Origin: Podarcis filfolensis
Taxonomy: Eukaryota
NCBI GenBank assembly: GCA_964270895.1
Contig: OZ185445.1
Length of the DNA: 64,000 nt
Strand: one strand, 5' to 3'
The translations under genes were made by a program, and so were the position numbers. The notes beneath the pieces were generated by a model. It did no database searches, had not been told where the DNA came from, and was given only the letters and a program-made list of their open reading frames with translations. Below, in pieces: positions 11,621 through 24,682 of the stretch. Position 1 is the stretch's first letter; each line of letters opens with the position of its first letter.

Positions 11621-13168
11621 CGTTTTTTTATATTCAAGTTGGCACCGCTGCTTTTCTCTGCTCCCCAAAACTTACGATCTCTCAAATTCACTGTACCTCG
11701 ATGAGGGGTTATGCAAACCTTGTTACGATGTTGGAGGCAAAGCTCTGTGGGGAACAGAAGCAGAACTTGTTGCTGTCTCTCTCGCCCCTTCCCTTTCTCT
11801 TTTTTTTTGTTTTTGTTTGGGTTTCTACATTCATCCTTCCAGCAGGCAGAAATTCAGTAGGTGGGGAGGATTTCATTTCAGGATTGTTGGAATGTTTGCT
11901 GTTACAGTTTGAACTTGGCTTCCATTTGATCATTGTAATAGATTGCTTTAAAATCATTTTTGCACTTTTAAGTCCCCCAATTCTCCCCCCCCCCCCACAA
12001 CCTGCCTTTTCTTTGCCTGACCTGCCCCATATTTTGCCCAACCAAAAGTAGCAACCCTACTTGCAGTATTTACCACCGACTTCTCAGCTGCTTGAGAACT
12101 CAGTAGTTGTGTCCTACTGCCTTGTAGTAGTTTCAGGCTGCAATTCTGAAGTCAGTGGCTGTTTTCTTCTGGAGTAAGCTTGCTTAGGGACAGACTTTCG
12201 CGCTTGGTTGGTGAAAGTCACCCCATTCATATGCCTTTAAAGTGTATGTGCTTTATAACTTCGAAAAAATGTAGTTGCTTGTGGAAAGCTATATTGCCCC
12301 CCCTCTAGTTGGAAGGCTATGTGCACTGGTTTAAGGCGAGAAAACTGCTCAAGCTGTGTATTCCTCAAAGTAGCTGAGTAATAGGAGCATTATGTAAGAC
12401 TGTGAACTGTGGATGAGTTCACGGAAGCTGTGATTAATACTGGGACATAAGTGGGAAATCCAAAATTTGGTTGGGAATATAGCCTTCTAGTGCCAGGTTT
12501 GTAAAACAGCTCAGTTCACAGCCACACTTCACATCTGGCAAATGCTTGTGGTAGGAAAGGCTGATTTCAAGTGAGATTTCAGAATCAGAATTCAAACTTA
12601 ATTTCCTGCTCTTAATTATCAACTTGTGTTCCCCCACCCCCTTCTGAGACAAATTTTCCGTAAAGCACATTAACAGTTTTTATCTCTCAGATCAAAACTG
12701 GGCTACGAAAGAGAACTCCACACCAGCAAAACATGTATTCTGTCCAGCTTCTTCCGTGTTTCTTCCTACCTTACGTTTTATGGCCATTGTCATCTCTAAA
12801 AGCACAGCTGTCATGAATATAGCTATGCTTCCAGCACATCTCCTCACATTTGAAAGATGAAGCAAATACATGGGTCACCCCTCATCCAGTAGAGATCAGT
12901 TGCTCTCTACAGCACATCCAGTCTTAAGGCATCTGTATGCTACCAACTGTGTTTTAACTAAGATCAATTTGGTTTCTTGCAGTGAAATCTGAGAACTATA
13001 GGTTGTTCTTTTTTAAAGTTTTGGTTAGAATTCAGTTTTGTAGATAGTAAAATTGTGTTCAAGGCTGCTAGATTCCTGTCTGCTTCCCACATTTCAAAGA
13101 CTCTAGCTCCAAAATTCATTGGAAAGAATCTATGGCTGTTAAGTTTGTTTGTAGCATAGGTCTTAAGG

Positions 13169-13284
13169 CAGGAGTGGGTAACCTATGGCTCTCCAAATGT
13201 TGTTTGACTCCCATCAGCCCCAGCTAACATAGCCAATGGCCAGGGCTGAAGGAAGTTGTAGTCCAGCAGTAGACTGTCCATCCC
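13169..13284. mobile_element. Short hAT-like non-autonomous element (family B)
   Basis: caggagtgggtaacctatggctctccaaatgtt...ctcccatcagcccc...gttgtagtcc. Related copies near 23746-23840, 41100-41230 and 44090-44190. Confidence 0.6.
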
Positions 13285-13899
13285 GGTCTTATCCCTGCAA
13301 ATCACAGTAGATTTCTAAGAGAATACAGGGTGTTTGTTGAAGGAAATAACTCAATTCTTCCAGGTACAAACTACAAAGTTTTCAGATATTCAAGAAGACG
13401 TTTCTCAATAAGGCATTCTTTCCTTGTTTATACTTAGGTTATGCAGTATATTTGCAGCCAACAGTATTTATATTATTCATGATGCCCCTTTAAATACTTA
13501 GGCATAAATCCAACGGAGACATGCTTAATCCCACTGATTTCAGCAGGCTTAACCATGCCTAACTTTGTTGGGTTTAGTCCTTAACTCTTGAATTTAAAAC
13601 AGGTTTATACTCAGTTTAATCAATCAGTTATGGAGATAGAAAGCCAGCAGGAGTAGGTAACTTCCTGTGTAATGTACAGGGCATCACATGTATGGTTATC
13701 TGCTGGCAGGGAACAAATTGTTGGTGTGTCCCTAAGACAATGAGCTCCTGGCTCTTTGTTCCTTTGAGGCTAGGGTAGCTAACCTGGAGAAGCTAAGAGA
13801 GGTATGTATATGAGATCTTCAAGGTTATGGCACAATATAATCTGTTGTGATGGAGAATGGAGCCTTGGGGAAAGGAAGGCATCATACTGAGAAAGAGAG

Positions 13900-14800
13900 A
13901 AATAGTTGCTTAAAGGGGGTCCATTTGATGATGAACAGCGATGAGGTGGAGCTGTAAAAGGCATGCTTACTGCAAGGTGACTTGCCTGCAAGGTGTGAAG
14001 GATATGGATATTGAATGCCATCTAGAAAATGCAGAAGAGAAATCCGTGCCTTTGGTGCACGTTGATCCCAGTGCTGTTGAGAAAAGTAGTGCTGCAGTCC
14101 TAGAAGAAGAAAACTTAACTAAGATTTTTAAATTCAGGATCTCCAAAGAAGCATTTCAGGGATAAAAATATCCAAATCCAGGGCTACTTTCAGTGGATGG
14201 ATAACAGGGTAGTGTTGTGGGGAAAGGGTTTATATAGCATAGGTACTGGGGAAATTTTGGTTGAAGCAAAACTGGTAGAATGATCTACAGTTAAACCACT
14301 GCGGAACTGGAAAACTGCCACTTGATATCAGAAAGCTTGCAGATCAGCTTTTAAATTCTTTTCTATTTGAAAGCCATCAGGAGCTTAGACTCATCGGGTT
14401 CAGGATAATGGTGTAAGTCTTCCAGGTCATATAATTAACGATAGGGCAGAATATGCAAGAAGTCATGACATGACATACCGTAGATGAAAAAGGGGAGGAA
14501 TGCTGTCTATGGGAAGAACTGTAGCAGCAACATACCTGCTATGCTTTGCTTTGTTCTGAGGGAGGTAGATTTGATACAAGAATTGTATTGTCATGCCTTT
14601 GCCAAAGCTATGAGAATAATCTTGAAATGGTTCTTTATTTTCAGTTACTGGCAAAGTGCACATTTGAATTCTTAGAAAGATCACATCCTTTTGATGCAGT
14701 AAATGCTTTGGAACACTTAATCATAGGATTCAGTCCAGGGTTGCATCCCAAGAGGTGCCCAAGATCTGATGTGAGATGTATGTGTTGTCAGACTGATTGG
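13900..14800 (-). mobile_element. Possible very old LINE reverse-transcriptase relic
   Basis: Only faint, frameshifted resemblance to RT motifs on the minus strand (FRSGLTVDH, VALDLD, ILGTSWD). Unverified. Confidence 0.25.
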
Positions 14801-15551
14801 AAACAGTAACCACAGTGCTAACAAATATGTAAGTGGAAGGCCTAGCCACATTTAATTTCAAAGTGGGGGGGGGGATGCGTTAATTGGTTAAAGGAGGGTG
14901 TCAAGAGGGCCAATTCTCTTTAGGATGCATGGAAGTTATTTAAAACCACAATAACAGAAGCTTGGCTAGCATGTATGCTACTGATTGAAAAGCTGCAAAC
15001 AAATCCAAGAGCTTGTCATATGGTTTACAAGTAGAGTCAGGGAAGCTGTAATAGTTGAGAAGGCTTCCGTGGAGCCTGGAGGGTCTTGTTCAAGCAAGGA
15101 GAATGAAAAGAAGCAGTAATACTGGGGGAAAGAATTGCAGGTGACAGTAAGTGGGAGAGGAAAGAAAGTAAGAAATAAATGGCAAAAAAGATAAACAATA
15201 AACACTGCATTAAATATATCAGAAGTAGGAAACAGCTAGGTATTGGACTGTATGTGTCAACAGTTTGGGGGCAACAGTTTTGCTAATGCCTAGCCATGTA
15301 TCCTAGAACTCTGCTTACAATTGAACCTGTACTTGGAGTTGATGCTAAGATCGTGTGGTGATTTTATCAATAAAGCTTTCATGATTTCCTGACCTGAGAA
15401 TCGTGAATCCTTCATCCATGGGTGAAAGCATTAAGTTACATAGATTCCTAACAACAACAACACCACCTTGAAAGGGACATGAAGCAACTGAATGCTGACA
15501 TGTATAAATGTTGCTGTTTTCATTGACAATAAGGCATATTATCATGGTATA

Positions 15552-15902
15552 AAGGTAAAGGCACCCCGATGGTTAGGTCCAGTTGCGGACAACTCTGGGG
15601 TTGCGGCGCTCATCTCGCTTTACTAGCTGAGGGAGCCAGCATACAGCTTCCGGGTCATGTGGCCAGCATGACTAAGCCACTTCTGGCGAACCAGAGCAGT
15701 GCATGGAAACACCGTTTACCTTCCCGCCGCAGCGGTACCTATTTATCTACTTGCACTTTGACGTGCTTTTAAACTGCTAGGTTGGCAGGAGCTGGGACCG
15801 AGCAACAGGAGCTCACCCTGTCGCGGGGATTTGAACTGCCGACCTTCTGATCGGCAAGCCCTAGGCTCTGTGGTTTAGACCACAGCGCCACCCACAGCGC
15901 CA
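15552..15902 (-). mobile_element. Sauria SINE
   Basis: Reverse tRNA-like head, typical body, ACCTTT tail. TSD catggtata at 15543-15551 and 15903-15911. Confidence 0.92.
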
Positions 15903-16475
15903 CATGGTATATGTTGCACTAAATCCCAGGAAAAAAGCAGCAGCACTATAACAGAAAGCTAAGAAGACATGGCATATTGTGAGAGAGGCACATAAAAAGC
16001 ATTTAAAGTCTTCTTGCTTTCGTTGAACAGTCCATAATGAAGAATAAAGAATTTGTATATGGTGAACATGCACAAAGTACATTGCTTTGTTGTCTGAAAT
16101 CTACCAAGGTAATTTTGAAGACACAGCAACTGTGTGGAAAGCAATCCATTAAAAGAGGTGCACATCAGAGTTGTCTGAAGGTGGAACAACTGGCAGTAAA
16201 AAAAATTACTTTGTGTTGTTAGGGCGGGGAGCAGAGCTGCTATTTAATCTGAATGCCTCTACTTATGCTCTACTGCATTTGTTAATAAGAGAAATATTAC
16301 AAAGTTACTATAAGTTCCAGTGCTATCTCATCCAAAGAAAATGACCCAATAGCTGCTGGCTGAGAGCAGCAGGGCTTAATCGAACGATGCAACTGGTGCT
16401 GCAGCAAAGAGACCTGGATCAGGCCTGTTGTTGCCATGCGTCACAGCAGGGTCAGCTCAGGATCTAGCAGATTCT

Positions 16476-17176
16476 AAATGTTAAAATAACCCCACAGGCA
16501 TTCCTTTTGGGAATGGTACAGATGGAAGTACCCAGGTATCAGAAAAAATTATTTATGTATGCCGCTACAGCAGCTCAGATCTTGTTAGCCCCAAAATGGT
16601 GGGTGAGTGAGGTCCCCAATAAGGAGGATTGGCAAACAAAAATGATAGAATATGTAGAGTTAGCAGGTCTAATAAATAAGAGAGCAAGAAGATCAAGTAT
16701 ATAAAGAGGAGTGGAAAATTTTTGGAGTATTTGGAAAATAACTAAACAAATGATTAAGGTAAATTCAGCAGTATAATATATAATGAATAATAGAGGGAGA
16801 AAATGAACTAAATGGAAGGGGAAGAAGGGAAGTCATTACAATGGTACCTCAGGTTACAGACGCTTCAGGTTACAGACGCTTCAGGTTACAGGCTCCGCTA
16901 ACCCAGAAATAGTACCTTGGGTTAAGAACTTTGCTTCAGGATGAGAACAGAAATCGTGTGGTGGCGGCAGCGGGAGGCCCCATTAGCTAAATTGGTACCT
17001 CAGGTTAAGAACAGTTTCAGGTTAAAAACAGACCTCCAGAACGAATTAAGTTCTTAACCTGAGGTACCACTGTATAAAGAAATATATTAACAGTGGAGAT
17101 GTATATTTGAATGTCAATGTGATTTTGGAAATTGTAATAATTAAAATTATATTTTAAAAAAAGAAAGAAATGAAAG
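16476..17176 (+). mobile_element. 5'-truncated L1 (ORF2 C-terminus, 3' UTR, A-tail), interrupted by a MITE
   Basis: Peptide PQAFLLG...KLFMYAATAAQILLAPKW...EDWQTKMIEYVELA. A-rich tail. 17-bp TSD aggatctagcagattct at 16459-16475 and 17177-17193. Confidence 0.85.
16839..17072. mobile_element. Tc1/mariner-type MITE (family A) inserted in L1 3' UTR
   Basis: TA|CAATGGTACCTC...GAGGTACCACTG|TA. Confidence 0.9.
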
Positions 17177-19721
17177 AGGATCTAGCAGATTCTGTGACAA
17201 CCCAGCCCTGAAACAATGTTCTTTGCGGTGTAATTTGAAAGACCCTTTCTAAATGATAAAGAAGCAGCTTTGAATCTTAAGAAAAACCGCTTGTGGGCAT
17301 CTGAATTCACTTCTAAGTGTTCAGTTTTTTAGATTTGAGCTACTCATCCAGTTTGCAATATCAGAAAAAGCTGCGACACATGCTTTTCTGCACAGAGTCA
17401 GTGCAAAACTGGGCAATGGCATATCAGTCAACGGCATTAAGAGAAAAGCATGAAGATCAGTCATCTGCTGAAGTGAGAGCATACTGAAAGGCTTTTAATT
17501 ACTGATCTTACAGCTGAAGAAAGGAATAAAAATAATACCAAATAAGTAAACGTGCAGATGAGGTGGAGGGAAGATTGACTCAGTCATCCAAACCATGTTA
17601 TTATCTGAAATCATTATGACAATTTATGATATAAACAGTTTGTTCTGATTAACTTGATCAAAAGTTAATCTGCCAAAAAGTTACCTGCCAAAAGTTACTG
17701 TTTTATGGTTGTTGGGGTTGTTGGTTTTTTTGCTGAAGTATGTATTTCTTTGTTTTGTAACAAAAACTGTAACAGCAAAGAAAACACAACATTTAAGTGG
17801 ATGTTTTCTTGAAATAAGTGGTTCCAAAATGTTGCAAATAATAGCCCATTTTTCAACAAATTTGTTTGCTGAAGAGAATATAGTATTTTTGTTGGTAATG
17901 GAACTTTTCTGTGTTTTTTCTACAGCAGCCTTTCTTGATTATTATTTTAAACGGTATCAATGAAATCCTGAAATTGTGCAATAATACCTCTAGGACTTGC
18001 CAGTGTTATTAATGTGGATTTAAATCTGCCAAGATGTGAATCAAAGCTAACTGGAGAAAGTATGCTGCTGCCTCAGTCTCAGAATGGGATAGCAATACCA
18101 AGCAGAATGCATTTTTAATTGAAAAAAGGAGATCCACATTCATACTAATAATCATTTTGATTCTCAGTGTTGTTTTTTACGATGCCAGAATAGTGCCATC
18201 AAAGCACAAGAGGGCTTGAGAGGACACCAAAGTTTGCATAGTATAAAACACTTGTAGGAAAAAACCGCTTAAGGGGAGGGACCCCAAAAGTAGCCCAGTG
18301 AGGACTGAGCATGCTCAGTGAGCTCAGAATTCTCACTTAGAATCATAGAGTTGGAAGGGAACACGAGGGTCATCTAGTCCAACCCCCTGCAATTGTGAGA
18401 GAAGCTGGAATGGAATGGAGCATCTGCAACCTTAGAACTCCAACAGTCCCCCTTTTACTTGATCATAAATCTTACACAACAAGTTCATTACATTTGGAAA
18501 TGTGTCCTGAGAAAGTGTAGATTTGCCTCGTCCCACACAACACCTTCAAGCTCTTCTAACCTTTTAATTACATGTTCAGGTTACAATTCTGAAATTAAAC
18601 TTGAGCTCATAAATCATAACAGTTTGCTTCTAATTTTATAGGCTCCTAAGTAGTTTCATAATATTGGGGCTTGCGAGCTGTAAAAAACAAATGAGAGGAA
18701 CATAATTCTTTTTGTGGCTCAATAGTTCTGAGTCATTGCAGATCCTGACTCCCTCTAATGGAGAAATGTGTGTAAGAATAGCTGGAGATAGGAAAGAAGG
18801 AAATTGTCCCAAGTTAGTTGAAATATACCAAATATCGATGTATAAAATGCTTGCATGTGAGAGGTCACATGTAGAATTTCATAGCTATGTGTGAAAGCAA
18901 CACATTCCTACATGGAATAAGGAAACTGTTCATAAGACTCCACTGCTAGAAACTTTACTTTTTATCTTTTTTTTGAGTGCCACATGGCTTGTAGGGATCA
19001 GTTGTAGTGAATACAGGTCAGAACCCCTCTCCCAGAAAGCCTTGTGTAGAAAACCATTGAGAATGTTAAGCCCCATTTGTCACCTTCTCCGGCTTACGTA
19101 AGTTGGTTTCCTTTTCTTAGGATAAATATATATGAACGCAATATAGACAAAGCTGGGGGTGTGTGGCACTGAGTCTGAGTACAGAGGAATGATAAACAAG
19201 CTTAGGACAAGGTGGTTAGAATTCGTGCTCCCTGGTAATTATCCTACAAAAAGCCTAAATCCATGTGTCTGGAGTTCAACAGTATCTGAGGCACTGCTCC
19301 AACAAAGGCCTTGGCTTAACAGAACAGAGGAGAAAGGCTTCTCTAGGCATTATCCCCAGCTCCTTTCTTGTAAGATTTAAAAGCAAAGGCAGGCTTCTTG
19401 TAGTTTTACCTGTGCTGAATTCGTTTGTTCAGGTTCTGTGACGTTGCCAGCTCAACATCCGGGGAAGAGAGTTGTTGTGAATTTGGTTCTACTTCCTCAT
19501 GCGAATTGCGTAACTATAGCTGCAAACTGAGTTTACAGCTGAGGTGATTTTGGGGGATCAGCCAGTTTCAAGACTCCCTTCATTCCATCGTCTGTTGAGA
19601 AGCCCTATGTTTCTAAGGCCATCCATTTGGTGGCGAGAAGCTTTCAGCCGCTTGGCCATAACTTGTCTTTCAACTCAGAGTAAGAAAGCACAGTGGTACC
19701 CATTTGCTGTTCCTCCTTCTC

Positions 19722-20821
19722 TTTTTTTTTTTTTTAAATAATTTTTATTAACTGGCCAATCACATCAAATTAAATCACATCACATAAATTCCAAATTACA
19801 AAGCCAAATTTTTAAATTTTGTTGGGGGAACCCATACTTCAAGATCCAAAGGGGGATTCAGATCATCTTCTTATTACTGCATTAATGTCCAAATCAGTCC
19901 CAATCAGTCCAAACAAAATTCATAATTCTATTCAGTCTTATCTTGGTGTTTCCACATCATATCTTGTTCATATAATTTCTATTTTTCCTTTACGATCTCT
20001 TCTGTTAGTCTCCTTAAGCTGATAAGCAAAATAATAATCCTGTGTGGATTTCCCGTTCCTCCACTAAGTCCAGATGGTTTCCATATATCTCCTTCGTAGA
20101 TAACATCGCTCTTTCCATCATAAATTTGGCATTTTTCGCTCTTGAGTCCCACCGAGACGTATGTAAACAACTCTATTTCTCTCTTTCTCCTCCCAGACCC
20201 AAGAGCTCCAACAATGCCTCCCAAAATGGCGACGGCATTTTTAACTGCGTCATTCCAAAACTCTTAGCTTTCCAGCTTCGTCTTGAAACATTGCTTTGGT
20301 TCGAAAGTTTATCTCCACACAGCCTTAAATCCACAGCTTAAGTCCTTAGTTCCTGACTCATTTGGGGAGGGGATTCTTGTTAAATCACATAATGAAAGAC
20401 AGGTGTTTTTTTCCCCCTCCCCCCTCAAGTCATACCGTATCTTGACGTATCTTCTCATATTTTATTCTTGTCTTGTTATCAGAGATCTCTTCTGTCAGCA
20501 GTCTTTACTCCCCTTTTTCCTTGAAGCATGTGCAATTTATCTCGTCCAAATTGTTTCTTTTGAAGATGCTTGCAACTGGCAGCGCGAATCAGGGACGGCG
20601 TCAAGGAGTGCCGAAATCCCACAGGAGGGCTTTGTGCCTAGTGCCCCCACCCCCACAAATTCGGGGGTGGTATAGGGCACAGCAGGCAAGGGCCGTCCCC
20701 CCCACCATCCTGGGGGGGTTAAGGAGGCTAATTACCCCCATCATAGCCTCCAAATTACCTCGTGTGGGTCGGAGAGATGTTATTGTCAGCCATCTTCCGA
20801 TGCGCCACCTAGTGGCCCCCC
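19722..20821 (-). mobile_element. Full-length 1.1-kb non-autonomous poly(A) retroelement with L1-type ends
   Basis: 17-bp TSD tgctgttcctccttctc (19705-19721, 20822-20838). 5' end GGGGGCCACTAGGTGGCGCATCGGAAGATGGC; 3' AATAAA followed by poly(A). No long ORF. Confidence 0.85.
20801..20818 (-). promoter_or_regulatory. CTCF-like motif
   Basis: GGCCACTAGGTGGCGCA on the minus strand closely matches the CTCF core CCACCAGGGGGCGC. Confidence 0.55.
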
Positions 20822-22017
20822 TGCTGTTCCTCCTTCTCACCCCCCAACACTTATCAGTCTTGATATGCTCTTTATGGAGCAAATAAAATTCTGACTCTGG
20901 TTGCTAGATCTCAGTCAGGGAAGTACCTGTGAAGAAGGAGACTGGGGCAGTAGAACAGCTGTCCTTTTCATCCCCTAGGCCTGGACCCTTGTCCCCACTT
21001 CTTGTTGTGAGCAGGGCTCTAATTTTGCCCTACAGCAAAAATAAATATGAGGAGAGCGGGAGACAATTTTGGTGGACAGAAGAGGCTGTAACTGCATCCT
21101 TTCTCCCCTTGGCCCTTTTACAAAATATGTATCTCCATTAGTAGATTGGGTATTTTGTAATTTCAACAATAAATTAATCAGTTGTGTGTTTCTCCTCACC
21201 TGCCTCGTGGAATCCACATCTTGAATGAGAAGAAAAGGCCAAGCATCTATCTTCTTAGGAGGCTAACAACAATAACTGGTTGCAATGACTTCTTCAAAGG
21301 CTAGTCCATTCTGAAGAGAATTGCTGACCTGAGGTGAATTCTACTCATTAATCCCCAGGAAGTTCCCCGTGTCTTGGTCATTAAGGTCTAATTGCTAGGT
21401 TAAGCTTAACTATATCAATATAATTGTGTGTCACTTGTGCTTTTTAAGTGAGAGGTTAATGGTCGTGCTCCACTAATTTAAGGCACCTGGGATTTTGTTT
21501 TGCTCATAAGATGCAGATTAGCTGGCTAGAGCTCCACCAGAGGAACAATATTATCGTAATGAGTCTGCACGTGGCCCCATGCTGACATTACAAGTCTCTT
21601 TGGGATGGCCTTGGGCAAAATACACACACAAGGAGTCATTTCAGAATATGAGCAGGTGGAATATATTGAGCAATTTGCTCTTACTGGTAATGGTCGTTTG
21701 GGGAAAAGTGATTTTATTTTTGGTTCCCTTTTCCTTCCCTAGAGTTTTCTACGGCACTTTTTTTTAAAAAAAAAGTAACGGTAACAAATGATAAGTTAGT
21801 TGTAGACACGTTATCCAGCAGCTGCCAATAGCCATCTCATTCAACTCCAGCTTTGCAAGCAACTGCAACAAACAACCTGATGTCAAGCATTGTTGGGTTT
21901 GGGCAGCTAAGTTTTCAGTTCATTGTGATAATGGCCAAAATTGAGGAGCATTTGGTAAATCATCTTTCTCAAGGCGTATACTAATATGTGAATGGATGAT
22001 TCCAAGGGGCAGTGAAA

Positions 22018-22175
22018 GGTTGCCTGGATGGCCCAGTTGGTTAGAGTGTGGTGCTGATAACACCAAGGTTGCATGCTCGATCCCTGTATGGGACTGCTGC
22101 ATATTCCTGCATTACAGGGGGTTGGACTAAATGATCCTTTGGGTCACTTCCAATGCTACAATTCTATGATTCTAT
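22018..22175 (+). mobile_element. tRNA-derived SINE with CR1-type tail
   Basis: A/B-box-like head followed by gttggactaaatgatcc...ttctatgattcta. Confidence 0.85.
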
Positions 22176-22920
22176 AAGCGGTGGTAAATTCTTTTGCTGC
22201 CCCCTATTTGCTCCACCATCCTTCAGCCCAAGTATATGAAGGTTCTATGCCACATGGATTAAACACTTGATCCCTTCACTGTTTCCTTTGCCACCCTTTT
22301 GTTCCCCAAGCTAGTTTTTTCCAGAGCTGACTGGATTATTTAAAAAAGAATGGTAATTGCACATTGGTAACAACAACAACAACAACAATAATAATATGCA
22401 CCAAGTACATGGGTGAAAACTACTGGTAGTGACAAATTTCAATATTTCAGAACTACCCACATTTGAGTCCAAAATGCTCAATCCAGAATGCCCCAATTTA
22501 TTTCAACATGTATACTCTTTTTTAAATAACAGTTTTAAAGGCTTTGTAGGCCTGTAAACCCAGGGGTATCCACTGCCACAAGCATGGGAATTGTGGTTTA
22601 CAGTTCCACTCAGTTTCATAAATTGTGCTGGTAGGCACTGGAACTTACAATTCCCACGCATCTCCTTGACAAAGCCCTTGAGAATGAGCCATATGCAGCT
22701 TCTGCTTTCTCCAGCCACCAAGATTGCCAACACATCCTCTTTTGCAAGAGCAAGTTTGCTTCGGGAAATGACAGGTTGGCAGAGAAGTCTGGAGACCAGC
22801 TCCTCTGGGCTTGTGTACCACCCCACCCCACCCACCCGCAACATTTCTTAGTGACTTTTTATGAAAGTCTAAGTTTTCTCTGATAGCTCGTCTTTACTAA
22901 GTCTTTCCAGAAGTCTAAGT

Positions 22921-23323
22921 ACCATAAAGAAGGCTGACCGCCGAAGAATTGATGCTTTTGAATTATGGTGCTGGAGGAGACTCTTGAGAGTCCCGTGGAC
23001 TGCAAGAAGATCAAACGTATCCATTCTTAAGGAAATCAGCCCTGAGTGCTCACTGGAAGGACAGATCGTGAAGTACCCAATACTTTGGCCACCTCATGAG
23101 AAGAGAAGACTTCCTGGAAAAGACCCTGATGTTGGGAAAGATTGAGGGCACAAGAAGAAGGGGACGACAGAGGACGAGATGGTTGGACAGCGTTCTCGAA
23201 GCTACAAACATGAGTCTGACCAAACTGCAGGAGGCAGTGGAAGATAGGAGTGCCTGGCATGCTCTGGTCCATGGGGTCACGAAGAGTCGGACACGACTAA
23301 ACGACTAAACAACAACAACAACA
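22921..23323 (+). mobile_element. Bov-B (RTE) LINE 3' fragment
   Basis: TIKKADRRRIDAFELWCWRRLLRVPWTARRS...HGVTKSRTRLND, followed by a (CAA)n tail. Confidence 0.95.
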
Positions 23324-23446
23324 AAGTACAATGCAGCTTGCAAGAGAGGCATCTCATCCACAGTACCACTGTGGGTGGCAGAACTTTTAGCCTCAATTGA
23401 CTGAGTCAGGTTAACATGGTAGAGGGATTCAGCAGACAGGAGTGTA

Positions 23447-23688
23447 CAGTGGTACCTTGGGTTACAGACGCTTCAGGTTACAGACGCTTCAGGTTACAGA
23501 CTCTGCTAACCCAGAAATAGTACCTTGGGTTAAGAACTTTGCTTCAGGATGAGAACAGAAATCGTGCAGCGCCAGCACGGCGGCAGCAGGAGGCTCAATT
23601 AGCTAAAGTGGTACCTCAGGTTAAGAACAGTTTCAGGTTAAGAACGGACCTCCAGAACAAATTAAGTTCTTAACCCGAGGTACCACTG
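23447..23688. mobile_element. Tc1/mariner-type MITE (family A)
   Basis: TA|CAGTGGTACCTTGG...GAGGTACCACTG|TA. Confidence 0.9.
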
Positions 23689-24006
23689 TACTGGAATTGC
23701 TAGTCTTGCACTGTACTTGGCTGCCAAAGGCTTCGTATAGAGAAGGAATGGGGAACCTAGTTCCTTCCAGATGTTGAACTCCTAACAATGGCCAGGGAGT
23801 TGTAGTCCAATAACATCTGGACAATCGCAAGCTAGCCACCCGCTGGTAAAGAGGATTATGCAGATGGAAGAGGAGGAGGTCTGAGAGCTACACATGGCAA
23901 GGAGCAGTGGAGAAAAGGAAGGAGCCACATTGGTTTGAAATAATCAGGCAAATTTGTGGCCTCAGAGCTCTAGTAAGGATTAGTAAGCACCATATCCATT
24001 TAAACT

Positions 24007-24363
24007 GGGACGCGGGTGGTGCTGTGGGTTAAACCACAGAGCCTAGGACTTGCCGATCAGAAGGTTGGCGGTTCGAATCCCCGCGACGGGGTGAGTTCCC
24101 ATTGCTCGGTCCCTGCTCCTGCCAACCTAGCAGTTCGAAAGCACGTCAAAGTGCAAGTAGATAAATAGGTACCACTCCAGCAGGAAAGTAAACGGTGTTT
24201 CCGTGCGCTGCTCTGCTTCACAAGAAGCAGGTTAATCATTCTGGCCACATGACCCGGAAGCTGTACGCCGGCTCCCTCGGCCAATAAAGCAAGATGAGCG
24301 CCACAACCCCAGAGTCGGTCATGACTGGACCTAATGGTCAGGGGTCCCTTTACCCTTTACCTT
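24007..24363 (+). mobile_element. Sauria SINE
   Basis: GGGACGCGGGTGG head to ACCTTT tail; TSD about tatccattt. Confidence 0.93.
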
Positions 24364-24540
24364 TATCCATTTGAAATTCTGTATAAATATTTTTAAAGGT
24401 GAGGGTAAGAGACATCATCCATTGATGTGATCTTACCTGTGGAAATCAGCTAATCGTAAAAGATGGCCACAACTCAGCAAAGAGCAGTCTGCACACTTTT
24501 CTCTATGTGACTCTTGTCTACTGCATTCATACAGCTCCTA

Positions 24541-24682
24541 CATAGCTCAGTTGGTTAGAACGTGGTGCTGATGATGCCAGGGTTGCAGGTTTGATCCCCA
24601 TAGTGGGATAGCGGCATACTCCTGCAGTGCAGGGGGTTGGACTAGAGGATCTTCAGGGTCCCTTCCAACTCTATGATTCTAT
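24541..24682 (+). mobile_element. tRNA-derived SINE with CR1-type tail
   Basis: TAGCTCAGTTGGTTAGA...ttccaactctatgattcta. Confidence 0.85.

Noticed and set aside
22018-22100. tRNA-like sequences (also 24541, 56570 and Sauria heads)
   Set aside because: They continue into SINE bodies and CR1-type tails and lack a complete cloverleaf, so they are SINE heads rather than tRNA genes.
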